From Tubiluchus corallicola (lineage: Eukaryota; Animalia; Priapulida): DNA of 45,041 bases. The notes under the pieces were generated by a model, which did not search any database, was not told the DNA's origin, and saw only the letters and a program-made list of their open reading frames with translations. A program made the position numbers and the translations under genes. Shown one piece after another: positions 27,056 to 39,853 of this stretch. The stretch's first letter is position 1. Every line of letters begins with the position of its first letter. Where the stretch lies: the NCBI GenBank assembly GCA_030141605.1, contig JAQGDQ010001113.1, positions 16,769-61,809 of the forward strand, in the 5' to 3' direction.

Positions 27056-27314
27056 GAAAGGAAACATGCTATTCTTTTCAAAAATGACTTACATGAAAAA
27101 ATTATTACCACACAAATGCAATTTCACGTTCGCGTCACTAGTTCTTCGTCTTTACATTCGTTAGTTAGACGGGCTCTAGTGCCTGCATTTCGCAACGCAT
27201 TGCACAAAAAACAGGTGCTGTACCTCTCAGTTCAGATGTGTTACTTTGCTTAAAACTCGCCTAGTTTTAGTACAACACACTGAATATCTTACAGTAGCAC
27301 TGTACTTCAATTTT
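27056..27314 (+). mobile_element. Family B, partial copy
   Basis: gaaaggaaaca...aattattaccacacaaa...cactagttcttcg. Confidence 0.75.
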
Positions 27315-27540
27315 CACAGTGAAACAGTAGGTGTATCAAACAATGAATTATACTGTACACAGTGAAGCAGTAGGTGTATTAAACACTGTACACAGTGAAA
27401 CAGTAGGTGTATCAAACAATGAATTATACTGTACACAGTGAAACAGTAGGTGTATTAAACAATGAATTATACTGTACACAGTGAAGCAGTAGGTGTATGA
27501 AACAATGAATCATACTGTACACAGTCAAACAGTAGGGTAT
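27315..27540. repeat. 43-bp tandem repeat, about 5.5 copies
   Basis: Unit CACAGTGAAACAGTAGGTGTATCAAACAATGAATTATACTGTA. Confidence 0.93.
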
Positions 27541-27678
27541 GAAGGGTATTAAGTGTCTCATGTTAAAGCAAATTATAAAATACTATTGACGAATCAACTG
27601 TACAATGGTACTTCTTACAAGCTACACGCAAATCTGTGCTAAACAGTTAAAAACTACGAGGCGTTGTTTTCTGTTTAG

Positions 27679-27854
27679 GCTAGGACACGGTGCAAATAGA
27701 AACGTCCAACATGGCGGACCCGTCCACAAACGAAAGCTGTCCACAAGCGTCCGAGGAACAGCACGAGTCGACAACGAGGTCGATGAAGAAATTTCTCAAG
27801 CAGGAAAGTTTGAAACATGAACAGGAAAAGGGAATGGATCCTCTGGACCCAGCA
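27679..27854 (+). CDS. Candidate exon
   Basis: Acceptor ttgttttctgtttag|, donor |GTAAGT. Phase 1 to 0, xDTVQIETSNMADPSTNESCPQASEEQHESTTRSMKKFLKQESLKHEQEKGMDPLDPA. Confidence 0.8.
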
Positions 27855-28057
27855 GTAAGTGTCAAATTATAAATATGTTGTAATTTTTAATACTTTAGCA
27901 TGTCTGTAATACACCGAAGCGCCCAGCGTCTGGCGTCTGACAATCAAAGAAAACTAATTAAAAATATAACAAAGAAAATGTGGGTATTTTTTATTATTTA
28001 TTTGCAAACACTGGATTTAGCAAATAGTTTTTTAGTATTTACTCAAATATAATGCAG

Positions 28058-28122
28058 GACGGACACGAACCAAGGCAGAAGTCTGTTTTTTTTAAACTGG
28101 CACTAGAGCTAAACAAACGAAG
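28058..28122 (+). CDS. Candidate exon
   Basis: Acceptor aatgcag|, donor ag|GTTAAA. Phase 0 to 2, DGHEPRQKSVFFKLALELNKR. Confidence 0.5.
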
Positions 28123-28166
28123 GTTAAATTTATAGGAGAAGACAAACTTTATGAATTTTTACCAGA

Positions 28167-28927
28167 TACCCGTTACTGTGTGAATGAGCCTTAAGGAGAG
28201 CCTAATCGTGCCACTTGGACAAGCATGATAACCAAAGAGATGTGCTTGATTAAAGCATGACTAACCACGGGCATAGACTTTATAAACTTCAATGCTTGGT
28301 GGTACCCGTCACTGTGTGAACGAGCCTTAAAGAGATCCTAATCGTACCACTTGGACAAGTATGATAACTAAAAGAGATGTGCTTGATTAAACCATGACTA
28401 ACCACGGGCATAGACTTTATAAACTTCAGTGCTTGGTGGTACCCGTCACTGTGTGAACGAGCCTTAAAGAGACCCAAATCGTACCACTTGGACAAGTCTG
28501 ATAACCAAAGAATTGTGCTTGATTAAACCATGACTAACCACGAGCATAGACTTTATAAACTTCAGTGCTTGGTGGTACCCGTCACTGTGTGAACGAGCCT
28601 TAAAGAGACCCAAATCGTACCACTTGGACAAGTCTGATAACCAAAGAATTGTGCTTGATTAAACCATGACTAACCACGAGCATAGACTTTATAAACTTCA
28701 GTGCTTGGTGGTACCCGTCACTGTGTGAACGAGCCTTAAAGAGACCCAAATCGTACCACTTGGACAAGTCTGATAACCAAAGAATTGTGCTTGATTAAAC
28801 CATGACTAACCACGAGCATAGATTTTTTGTGTTGGTGGTGTTGTGTGGGTTGGTGTTTGGGTTGTGTTGTGTTGTTACCATGACTAACACGAGCATAGAG
28901 TTTATAAACTTCAATGCTTGATGGTAC
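28167..28927. repeat. 136-bp tandem repeat, about 5.5 copies
   Basis: Unit starts at 28167, 28303, 28440, 28576, 28712. Confidence 0.95.
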
Positions 28928-28973
28928 AAGGTTCTTTTAAGTTTTGTGACCAATCCATAAACCCATCAATCAG

Positions 28974-29173
28974 CGACTTGAATGAGACGATGGACAGATA
29001 CACGCTTACAGTAACGACCCGCGTGCTCCTTCGGGATCACAAACGGCAATAATTGTCGCAAATATCGTTTGCCAACAAATTGATCTGAATTGAGCGAATA
29101 CCGAAGCTGTCACGCTTCCCCAGACGACTTGGTCTTGTCAGGCTGTTACAGGAGTTAGCAGCATTCCCTAGTG
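28974..29173 (+). CDS. Candidate exon containing in-frame TAA and TGA
   Basis: Phase 2 to 1, which bridges its neighbours. DLNETMDRYTLTVTTRVLLRDHKRQxLSQISFANKLI*IERIPKLSRFPRRLGLVRLLQELAAFPS. Confidence 0.4.
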
Positions 29174-29257
29174 GTAGTAGGACTTTTTTATTTTGCCGCT
29201 GAATTAAAAATGCGTCAAATCTTAAAGGCAATAAACAAAAAGAATTTACAAGAACTG

Positions 29258-29264
29258 TCTGTCT

Positions 29265-29341
<77 letters not shown>

Positions 29342-29365
29342 GCTCTCTCTCTCACTCTCTCTCAC
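29258..29365. repeat. (CT)n microsatellite
   Basis: Direct reading. Confidence 0.95.
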
Positions 29366-29687
29366 TTCTCCCTTACTGTCTTTCTCTTTCTTTCACACTC
29401 TCTCTTTGTCACATCTTCTCACTTTTCTCTCCTTTTACTTTCTATCTAACCTGTTTTTTTCGAATTTGTTAAGATGTTCGCTCGTGTGCCCTTGTGAGCC
29501 GTGCGTGCTGCGACAAACTTGTGATTAAAGCTCATTAGTTTTAAGATGTTTTTCAGAATTTCAATGACAGATTTCCTTGGCATGTAAGCCAGCAAAGTCG
29601 ATAGTGTGTCAGAATACTAAAAAGTTTAAAACAGTCATAATAATTTAAAAATATACCCACTTATATATATGTATGTATATATATATT

Positions 29688-30110
29688 ATAATATAATATA
29701 ATGTAATATAATATAATATAATATAATATAATATAATATAATATAATATAATATAATATAATATAATATAATATAATATTATATTATATAATATAATATA
29801 ATATAATATAATATAATATAATATAATATAATATAATATAATATAATATAATATAACATAACATAACATAACATAACATAACATAACATAACATAACATA
29901 ACATAACATAACATAACATAACATAACATAACATAACATAACATAACATAACATAACATAACATAACATAACATAACATAACATAACATAACATAACATA
30001 ACATAACATAACATAACATAACATAACATAACATAACATAACATAACATAACATAACATAACATAACATAACATAACATAACATAACATAACATAACATA
30101 ACATAATATA
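29688..30110. repeat. (ATAAT)n then (ATAAC)n pentanucleotide microsatellite
   Basis: Direct reading. Confidence 0.97.
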
Positions 30111-30209
30111 AATATAATATATATATATTAATAAGAAATGAATTATAAGATGTTCACTCGACTTGGTAAAACTGAACTGTTTCACGGTGCCCCCTGTTTC
30201 ACAAAGGGC

Positions 30210-30491
30210 ACATTATTAGTCTTATTGACAATATAAAGTCATTTAAACCTTTTCTTAATTAGAGAAGAGTGTGCCAGGAAGGAAAGCTCTGATTATTTTT
30301 AAGTGTCATCTAAACTCATTCCATACGACTTATCTTCAAAATGGCTGCACGGTCATCGTGGGAGTTTAAATTTGCAAGTTTTATGCAGCGTTACTGTTAC
30401 TGCAAGCTTTCTGTGCAGTAAGACCGCATGTAAGTGATCTTAAGATAGATTTTTAAGCTTTATTTATGAAGTATGTTTACTTGCCCTTTAA
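30210..30491 (+). mobile_element. Family A, 3' partial copy
   Basis: gctctgattattttt...caaaatggctgc...cagcgttact. Ends CCCTTTAA. Confidence 0.65.
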
Positions 30492-30980
30492 GAACTGTTA
30501 AAAATCTTGCATAAAAAACTCAATAATTGAATTATCCATATTTGGCAAATATTTGTCACTTCATCAAAATAAAATTTATTACCGGCCGGTTTCGAACACG
30601 CTGTGCATTATCGAGGCATCTGAAACAAAGAAATTTAGCAAAATTTAGAAACAACATCGAAATACAATTCAGTACTTTAACAAACAAACAATGATATAGA
30701 TAATTTAACAATTGAGCTTGAACAATAGCAGCAGTGCATTATGGTTTATGGAATTCAGTAACAAAATGGCAGCTGCCTAAAATTGACAGTTCTGTTACTA
30801 CTAACCTAATTGTTTATTTGTTTGTGAGGTGTAGTATAGTTTCATACAAATCAAGATATGTCCTTTGTGACGTAAATTGTTAAATTATCTATATAATATC
30901 ATATCGTATATCTTCTAGCTATTAACTACTGAATTGTATTTCGATGTTGTTTCAAAATTCTGGTAAATTTCTTTGTTTAG

Positions 30981-31057
30981 ATGTCTTGATAATGAAGTTT
31001 TGTTCAAAACCGGTCAGCAACCATTTTGATGTAAAAACTCAATAGTTTTAGTTTAAG
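30981..31057 (+). CDS. Candidate exon
   Basis: Acceptor ttctttgtttag|, donor aag|GTAACT. Phase 1 to 0, VLIMKFCSKPVSNHFDVKTQxFxFK. Confidence 0.55.
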
Positions 31058-31164
31058 GTAACTTTCAGCTGAGCGAGAGAAGAAGCTTTTGGCGTTTGAT
31101 TGATGCATTACGTCATCGTTCGCATGGCTTCATCTGGCGCGTCATCAACCGGCTTCTTTCACAG

Positions 31165-31208
31165 ATGGCAGCTGTTGCTTAAAGCATTTGCCTCAGCAAC
31201 AATCACAG
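31165..31208 (+). CDS. Candidate exon
   Basis: Acceptor cttctttcacag|, donor cag|GTGAAA. Phase 0 to 2, MAAVAxSICLSNNH. Confidence 0.5.
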
Positions 31209-31270
31209 GTGAAAGTTTCACACTTCACGCTGCAAGCTGAACTGACTGTAGTTCCCCTGATTATCGACAG

Positions 31271-31298
31271 GTGGAGCCAGGCGCATACCCTTGAACAG
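31271..31298 (+). CDS. Candidate micro-exon
   Basis: Acceptor gacag|, donor cag|GTGAAT. Phase 2 to 0, WSQAHTLEQ. Confidence 0.45.
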
Positions 31299-31505
31299 GT
31301 GAATATTAATGGGGTTTTTCACCTGCTGGTCTTCGATTGCTGGGGTGGAACTTACTGGGTGAAAATAGTGTAGGAGTGCTACAGTGCCTTGGGACCACTG
31401 GACCCCATAATAGGGTTAGGTAGTTTGTTAGTTAGTTAGTTTGTGAGGTAGTACACATGATTAACGCTAATAATCTAGCATACCATTAGCAATAATCCTT
31501 TTCAA

Positions 31506-31822
31506 AGTTCCAGCGATTGATGATGATCGTGAAAAGGTCAAAGGATGAGCGTACCAGACAGCGCACTTGTGTACACTTGACAACGTCTAGCATTGTCTTA
31601 AAATTGTAATAATTTTAACAGCTAGGCTAGAATCTTCTCTAGTTCATTTTTTCTTGTTCCCTAGTAAGATTCTGCTAGTAAATCGCTCTACGTATAGACT
31701 AATGCATAATTAAATAAGTTCACGCAAAAAAGCTGACGTTACTGGACTGATGAGGCAGACGACGTTGCTTTACCCACATGTCACGTGATGGTTGTAGCTG
31801 TGGTACACTCAATCTTTGACCT
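31506..31822 (+). mobile_element. MITE-like family C, copy 2
   Basis: Homologous to 14698-15022. Inverted repeat at 31535-31556 / 31801-31822. Confidence 0.75.
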
Positions 31823-32334
31823 TGCGCACAACGAAACAGGGAAATTGCTTATTAGTTTACTATGCAGAGTTACAGCTGGGAACGCAAAAACTGCAGCAAA
31901 ATTCGATATACGTATTTTTTTGAGTCAATGTTACTATTTATAGCATCATCCTTTTTATGGCTCTGTACTTTGCAAAGTGGAGTCGAGCACCCAGTCACAG
32001 TCGAACATGTCGTTGGGTGTGGCAAGACCAGGACATGGGAGATCACTTCTAAGGCTTCCTTACATGAAACATTGAATTAGGAATGTTATATATTCATACT
32101 GTGTTTTCTTGATTGCAAACTGAAGTGTTATTAGTTGTTCATTACTGAACCTGGTCAGTTATTTTAGTAAAATCACCTGAACTTTTCCATTATTTTTACA
32201 ATCATTCATTAGTCTGTGGCTTTGACTCAACCAGCCGATGTCTGTAGGTGTTGATAGCATCATTAGTTTTTAATTTGCACGCTGCATCAATTAATAATTT
32301 TAAATTAAAACGTAATTTTCGCGGACATGCGCAG

Positions 32335-32410
32335 ACCATGACACAAGATGAACGCAGCAGTAAAGAAAAGGCACTTAAGGCAGTCGGTGTAGTAATGGCA
32401 GAGGTGAAAG
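32335..32410 (+). CDS. Candidate exon
   Basis: Acceptor gcgcag|, donor aag|GTATTT. Phase 0 to 1, TMTQDERSSKEKALKAVGVVMAEVK. Confidence 0.6.
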
Positions 32411-32514
32411 GTATTTGAAGTAAAATGGCAACCCTGTAGAGCTTACACGGTGATAACTTTACTTTTTGTAACTTTAATTGGTGACATTATTTTGCTTGGT
32501 ATTTTCTCTTCGTG

Positions 32515-33320
32515 ACTTACCTTACCTTACCTTATCTTACCTTACCTTACCTTACCTTACCTTACCTTACCTTACCTTACCTTACCTTACCTTACCTTAT
32601 CTTACCTTACCTTACCTTACCTTACCTTACCTTACCTTACCTTATCTTATCTTATCTTATCTTATCTTACCTTACCATACCTTACTTTGTCTTATCTTAC
32701 CTTACCTTACCTTACCTTACCTTACCTTACCTTACCTTACCTTACCTTACCTTACCTTACCTTACCTTACCTTACCTTACCTTACCTTATGTTATCTTAC
32801 CTTACCATACCTTACTTTGTCTTATCTTATCTTATCTCATCTTATCTTATCTTATCTTATCTTAACTTATCTTATCTTATCTTATCTTACCTTACCTTAC
32901 CTTACCTTACCTTACCTTACCATACCTTACCTTACCTTACCTTACCTTACCTTACCTTACCTTACCTTACCTTACCTTACCTTACCTTACCTTACCTTGC
33001 CTTGCCTTACATTACCTTACTTTACCTTACTTTGCCTTACCTTGCCTTACCTTGCCTTGCCTTACCTTACCTCACCTTACCTTACTTTACCTTATTGTAC
33101 CTTACCTTACCTTGCCTTATCTTATCTACTTTATCTTACCTTACCTTACTTTACTTTAAGCAAAGGAGTAAAATATTTTAAAATAATATAAGCAAACTGT
33201 GAGAAAATAAAGTGCTGTTATGAAGATCACTTCACTTCACTTCACTTCACTTCACTTCACTTCACTTCACTTCACTTCACTTCACTTCACTTCACTTTAC
33301 TTCACTTCACTTTACCTTAT
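32515..33320. repeat. (CTTAC/CTTAT)n then (CACTT)n pentanucleotide microsatellites
   Basis: Direct reading. Confidence 0.96.
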
Positions 33321-33604
33321 TTACGCTTTTTTCTCACCTCACATTTCCTATTTTGTTCTTCTCTGTGCCATCTACTCGCTCTACTTATCTTTACCCTCCA
33401 ATACTGCACGATACTTCACTTTAGTGTATTTCACTTCACGGTATCAGCGGTGACTCAGCACTTTGAAAAGCCAAGTTTCATTAACAGATTCTCTTGTAGC
33501 TTCGATAAATCGGAATTTTACGACTCTTGTGAAACCTTTATATTAGTTTATACCAAATCGATTTGATTCAATTGCGTGCCACATAAACACGTTTAATTGC
33601 CATA

Positions 33605-34255
33605 TAAAAGCAAAATCAGATGCATTAGTTGACAAAAATTATTGCCCGGCAACACTAGATGCCAGTCTGTACCGTGTTGCCACACGCTGGCTAACCAGTG
33701 CACACTGCAGCCGTAAAAAAGCAAAATCAGATGCATTAGCTGACAAAAATTATTGCCCGGCAACACTAGAAGCCAGTCTGTAGCGTGTTGCCACACGCTG
33801 GCTAACCAGTGCACACTGCCGCCGTATTAAAGCAAAATTACATGTATTAGCTGCAAAAATTATTGCCTGGCAACACTAGATGCCAGTCTGTACCGTGTTG
33901 CCACACGCTGGCTAACCAGTGCACACTGCAGCCGTATTAAAGCAAAATTACATGTATTAGCTGCAAAAATTATTGCCCGGCAACACTAGATGCCAGTCTG
34001 TACAGTGTTGCCACACCCTGGCTAGCCAGTGTACACTGCAGCCGTATAAAAGCATAATCACATGCATTGGTTGACAAAAATTATTGCCCGGCAACACTAG
34101 AAGCCAGTCTGTACCGTGTTGCCACACGCTGGCTAACCAGTGTACACTGCAGCCGTAAAAAAGCAAAATTACATGTATTAGCTGCAAAAATTATTGCCCG
34201 GCAACACTAGATGCCACTCTGCACCGTGTTGCCACACCCTGGCTAAAAAGTGCAC
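33605..34255. repeat. 110-111-bp tandem repeat, about 6 copies
   Basis: Period seen at 33610, 33721, 33832, 33942, 34052, 34163. Internal inverted repeat GGCAACAC / GTGTTGCC. Confidence 0.95.
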
Positions 34256-35663
34256 AGCTTAGCGTTGTTACAAAATGGCGCCTGTTGTTTTTCTCATTAG
34301 CACGTAATTGCATTAATAATGTTTTAGTCACACTGTTACATACGCAATGCACAAATGCTTACATGGTTAAAAGCCACAGAATGTAAACATCTCACAACCT
34401 CTTGTCTTTCTTGCTACTATTTCTATTAACACATCATTCTTCCTGTCCTGTGTGATCTAACCTTTCTCCCAGTTCTTTTTTTTGTTCACTCATCCATTCT
34501 TTTTTTATCGGGTTCACATGACAGTGGGTTTATACAAGCCTTTGCTTCTCTAACCCACTGCAGTACAATTATTCTTTTATGATAACGATAGGGTATGAAA
34601 CATTATAATTTATTACAGTACGAAGTAGCAATTTTATGATGTTACCACGTATTACACGTCATTATATTGTACTGAATGTGATAATAATAAAAATTTAAAA
34701 CTTCAAACATCAAATAGGGAAACGTGAGAAAAAGTGTTTTTGGATTTACCACAAATTTAAGAGGAAGATTCGTCGCCCGAAAATGTCTGGCACGTGTCCA
34801 ACTGTGGTTTAAACAAAGAGCACTCAATACCTTTCTCTGAATTTCAGTTTTATTTTCGTTTTACTGCTGTTTTAGCTGGGAGCGTACAACACGCACAACT
34901 GTAGCCAACTGTGGAAAAGAATTGTCTGATCTGTAACGGTATATTAAGGTTTAATTTGCAAAAAAGTTGAAAGGATGGCTTCACAGGTTGAAAGGATGGC
35001 TTCACAAGATGGTTGAAACTATGATAAGTGGCTATGACACATAACATTATTTTTACATATTCCTTTTCCACATACTTTTGTATATAGATTCTTCTCCTTT
35101 TTTCTATTTCAGATTCTGCAGTTCTTACAAGCTATTATAAGCTTCTTGAATTGCTGCAGTTGTATAATCATTAATAGATACTAATTGTTATCATTATACC
35201 TGTTAGCACGAACTAAAATTATGCAATCATGTACATTATATGTATGTAAAATGTACATTACTATGACATACTATTGATGTGAAATAAATAAATTGAAATA
35301 AAATTGAAATTGTTTGCGTTCGTTGATTCAAATGAGTTTTGACGACAAAAGTTGACGGTGTGCCCACTGTAGAACAGCTCAAATAAGTTTTGCAATTTTC
35401 ACAGTTTAATTATAACATTCATTGTGTTAATTAAGCTAGGCAATCATTACTCTATGGAGATACGCTTCAATTCATCACATACTTGGCATGCATGGTCTTT
35501 GTCGACTTGTCCCTAACCAAACGGGAATAGGTCCTGGACAGGATTCTATCATTAACGTAATTAACAAAAACGAAAGCGTGTATTTCGCAGGCTTTAATGG
35601 TCTAAGCCACGTGATGATAATGAGTATTTTATGGCGCTTCGCTATATTTCATATGAATTGCAG

Positions 35664-35710
35664 GTGGCAGAGAGACGGTGTGGGATTATAGTAGAGTCAG
35701 TTATAGAAAG
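35664..35710 (+). CDS. Candidate exon
   Basis: Acceptor ttgcag|, donor aag|GTGTAG. Phase 1 to 0, GRETVWDYSRVSYRK. Confidence 0.5.
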
Positions 35711-35826
35711 GTGTAGACATGCTGTGCGCGAGAGTGTAGTATAAAATGTAGCTGTCAAAAAGTTTCAGTGCCACAGTGTATTAATTAGGAGTGATTGAAC
35801 GAGTGAGTTACTGCAAAAAGACACGC

Positions 35827-37680
35827 TGTCAAACTGGAGTGCTTGTTTTATTTGCACCCATCTCAGTTCAGGGTTGTTGTCAAACACATGTACTTATTGT
35901 TATTTGAAACAGTTCAGCAAGTTTTTGTGTCAAATTCGAGTGCTTGTTTTATTTGAAGTCATCTCAGTTCAGGGTTCTTGTCAATCACGTGTACTTATTG
36001 TTATCTGAAACAGTTCAGTTAGTTTTTGTGTCAAACTCAAGTGCTTGTTTTATTTGCAGTCATCTCAGTTCAGGGTTGTTGTCAATCACGTGTACTTATT
36101 GTTATCTGAAACAGTTCAGTTAGTTTTTGTGTCAAACTCAAGTGCTTGTTTTATTTGCAGTCATCTCAGTTCAGGGTTGTTGTCAATCACGTGTACTTAT
36201 TGTTATCTGAAAAAGTTCAGATAGTTTTTGTGTCAAACTCGAGCGCTTGTTTTATTTGCAGTCATCTCAGTTCAGGGTTGTTGTCAATCACGTGTACTTA
36301 TTGTTATCTGAAACAGTTCCGCAAGTTTTTGTGTCAAAGTCAAGTGCTTGTTTTATTTGCGGCCATCTCAGTTTAGGCTTGTTGTCAATCACGTGTACTT
36401 ATTGTTATCTGAAACAGTTCAGTTAGTTTTTGTGTCAAACTCAAGTGCTTGTTTTATTTGCAGTCATCTCAGTTCAGGGTTGTTGTCAATCACGTGTACT
36501 TATTGTTATCTGAAAAAGTTCAGATAGTTTTTGTGTCAAACTCGAGCGCTTGTTTTATTTGCAGTCATCTCAGTTCAGGGTTGTTGTCAATCACGTGTAC
36601 TTATTGTTATCTGAAACAGTTCCGCAAGTTTTTGTGTCAAAGTCAAGTGCTTGTTTTATTTGCGGCCATCTCAGTTTAGGCTTGTTGTCAATCACGTGTA
36701 CTTATTGTTATCTGAAACAGTTCAGTTAGTTTTTGTGTCAAAGTCAAGTGCTTGTTTTATTTGAAGTCATCTCAGTTCAGGGTTGTTGTCAATCACGTGT
36801 ACTTATTGTTATCTGAAACAGTTCAGTTAGTTTTTGTGTCAAACTCGAATGCTTGTTTTATTTGCAGTCATCTCAGTTCAGGCTTGTTGTCAATCACGTG
36901 TACTTATTGTTATCTGAAACAGTTCAGATAGTTTTTGTGTCAAACTCAAGTGCTTGTTTTATTTGCAGTCATCTCAGTTCAGGCTTGTTGTCAATCACGT
37001 GTACTTATTGTTATCTGAAACAGTTCAGTTAGTTTTTGTGTCAAACTCGAGTGCTCGTTTTATTTGCAGTCATCTCAGTTTAGGCTTGTTGTCAATCACG
37101 TGTACTTATTGTTATCTGAAACAGTTCAGATAGTTTTTGTGTCAAACTCAAGTGCTTGTTTTATTTGCAGTCATCTCAGTTCAGGCTTGTTGTCAATCAC
37201 GTGTACTTATTGTTATCTGAAACAGTTCAGTTAGTTTTTGTGTCAAACTCGAGTGCTCGTTTTATTTGCAGTCATCTCAGTTTAGGCTTGTTGTCAATCA
37301 CGTGTACTTATTGTTATCTGAAACAGTTCAGATAGTTTTTGTGTCAAAGTCAAGTGTTTGTTTTATTTGCACCCATCTCAGTTTAGGCTTGTTGTCAATC
37401 ACGTGTACTTATTGTTATCTGAAACAGTTCAGATAGTTTTTGTGTCAAACTCGAGTGCTCGTTTTATTTGCAGTCATCTCAGTTTAGGCTTGTTGTCGAT
37501 CACGTGTACTTATTGTTATCTGAAAAAGTTCAGATAGTTTTTGTGTCAAACTCGAGTGCTCGTTTTATTTGCAGTCATCTCAGTTTAGGCTTGTTGTCGA
37601 TCACGTGTACTTATTGTTATCTGAAACAGTTCAGATAGTTTTTGTGTCAAAGTCGAGTGCTTGTTTTATTTGAAGTCATA
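35827..37680. repeat. 101-bp satellite, about 18 copies, includes an exact 303-bp duplication
   Basis: Period 101. Identical track ORFs at 36146 and 36449. Confidence 0.97.
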
Positions 37681-37749
37681 AATGTTAGAATATGTGGTGT
37701 GTTTTTAAACTAAATACTTTGTTTTGTTGTGTGTAAATATGCATGCTTG

Positions 37750-37751
37750 TT

Positions 37752-37785
<34 letters not shown>

Positions 37786-37951
37786 GAGTGTTTAATATTC
37801 ATTTTTACTTTTACTACTACTCTACTAATTTCTTTTAATTCAACCACTTATGTAACGTAACTGTTCATGTGTATTAAAAAATAGAGCACAGCGGCAGTAA
37901 AGCAAAAACAACAACAATAAAAATAACAACAAGAAGAACAACAACAGCAGC

Positions 37952-37985
<34 letters not shown>

Positions 37986-38188
37986 CCACTACCACCACCA
38001 ACAACAACATCAACACCACCACCACCAACAACAACATCAACAACAACAACAACAGCAACAACAACAACAACAACAACAACAGCAACAGCAACAGCAACAG
38101 CAACAACAACAACAACAACAACAACAGCAACAACAACAACACTACCACTACCACCACCAACAACAACATCAACACCACCACCACCACC

Positions 38189-38220
<32 letters not shown>

Positions 38221-38280
38221 CAACACCAACAGCAACAGCAACAACAGCAACAACAACAACAATAATAACAATAATAATAA
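37750..38280. repeat. (GTT)n and (CAA/CAC/CAG)n microsatellites
   Basis: Direct reading. Confidence 0.93.
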
Positions 38281-39186
38281 ATGTTGACTCTCCATCTGAC
38301 CACTATTAATGCACGTAATTGTCGTTTCTCCCAAATTTAGATGCATCTTGACGCTTTATATTAAGTTGCCCATTGATTATTATATCCCAGCTTTTCAAAA
38401 TTCAAAAAACTTAATGATCAAATTTTACTCTGCCCTATTAAACGTTTTCTGAACAATAACTTTCAAAATTTTCTTTCTAAACACAACAGAAAGCTCGAGC
38501 TACAGCGTTTTCCACGAATTTTTGTTAGTGAATTTGCATAATATTTTACCAGCTGCCTCTTGTTGCACTTCCCTGTGAATTACGCATTAAATTTTCATAA
38601 ATTTTCGTTTATAATTCAACAGAGAGACAAAAACTCGTTAGGAAAACGTTGATTATACACCACATTCAAAAGTTTTATTTCCAACACATGAATATATTAT
38701 CAATTTTATTCTTTCCAGACTCTAACGACATTGTTGATACAATGTACACATACGTTTTATTTAACCTGGATAGTATTTTTGGTCCTTCGAGTATTTCTGC
38801 TGTAAATATTTCAACACGTGTTGACTCAGAACGTTCTGACAATATCAAAAAACTCGAATTGCTTTAAAGACGGTTTGTCCGCGAAATTTGCCAATTTGTT
38901 GTTTTAGTTTCAGCAACGAAATGAAAAATTCTGGTTTAAAGTGTTCAATCTTTCTCTGCGTTTCAAGTATCGAAGAAAGATGTCTCGCGAATTTCTGCTT
39001 TAAACGGTGGTTTATTTGGTGTCTTTTACGGTGAAGGAACAAATTTGATGGTGTGATACATCTCACGAAGATTTGTGTTCGTTTCCAATAGTTGTGGTGC
39101 AACTTCTGGTGTTTTTTGCTCCACGAAGTTTTGTGTTCGTTTCCAATAGTTGTAGTGCATCTTCGCTTCTGCTGTTTTTTACTCAG

Positions 39187-39253
39187 ATTGGTGGCAAAGA
39201 TTTAGCTTTGGGCCAGTTACTTCACTATGTGAACATTTTTGTCAGCATGTTGT
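39187..39253 (+). CDS. Candidate exon
   Basis: Strong acceptor ctgttttttactcag| and donor |GTAAGT. Phase 0 to 1 reading IGGKDLALGQLLHYVNIFVSML; the frame was chosen by phase. Confidence 0.6.
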
Positions 39254-39376
39254 GTAAGTTGTACAGATCAGCCAATAGTAAAACTACAACAAGCCCTCGT
39301 GTATATGAAGCCTACTTAAAGCAAAACCGAACCCAATCTTGAATTGTGAGACAGAATAATCTACTTTTTCAAATGT

Positions 39377-39574
39377 TGAAAGGAAAATATTATTTTTTTC
39401 AAAAATGACTTTCGTGAAAGAATTATTACCCCGCGCAAACACAATTTCACGTTCGCGCCACTAGTTCTTAGCTGTTACGTGCATCTCGCCTTTCGCTAGT
39501 TAAACGGGCACTAGTGCCTGCATTTCGGAAACGTGTTGCACAATGGTGCTGTACCTCTCAGTCAGGAGGTGTTT
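39377..39574 (+). mobile_element. Family B, 5' partial copy
   Basis: ttgaaaggaaa...cacgttcgcgccactagttctt. Confidence 0.75.
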
Positions 39575-39853
39575 ATTTGTGTATGTAAACAAGAAGCAGA
39601 TCAAACAGTTTAGTAACTGCAAAAATCCGTATGGAGTCATTCCAGGACATCAACCTTAGTACTTCAATTCTTGTTATAATACGTCTTCTTCTTCATTCTT
39701 GTATGACGTATGACTAATAATCGATACCATACATTATACTAAAATGTGTTTTAGGCACCTGGAATTATGCAACTTTGTCTATTTGAGAATTATAGATTAT
39801 TTAGGTTATTACTTAAAATAGAGGATCATAACTGAGGATTTAGAGTTTTAAAT

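Noticed and set aside
27711-27854. ATG at 27711 (caacATGG) as the start of a separate standard-code gene; likewise ATG at 9547
   Set aside because: Both lie inside exons with upstream acceptors whose phases match the preceding exon. They would be revived if the TAR-sense model fails.
38300-39110. Possible degraded retroelement coding sequence on the minus strand
   Set aside because: No motif I could recognise with confidence.
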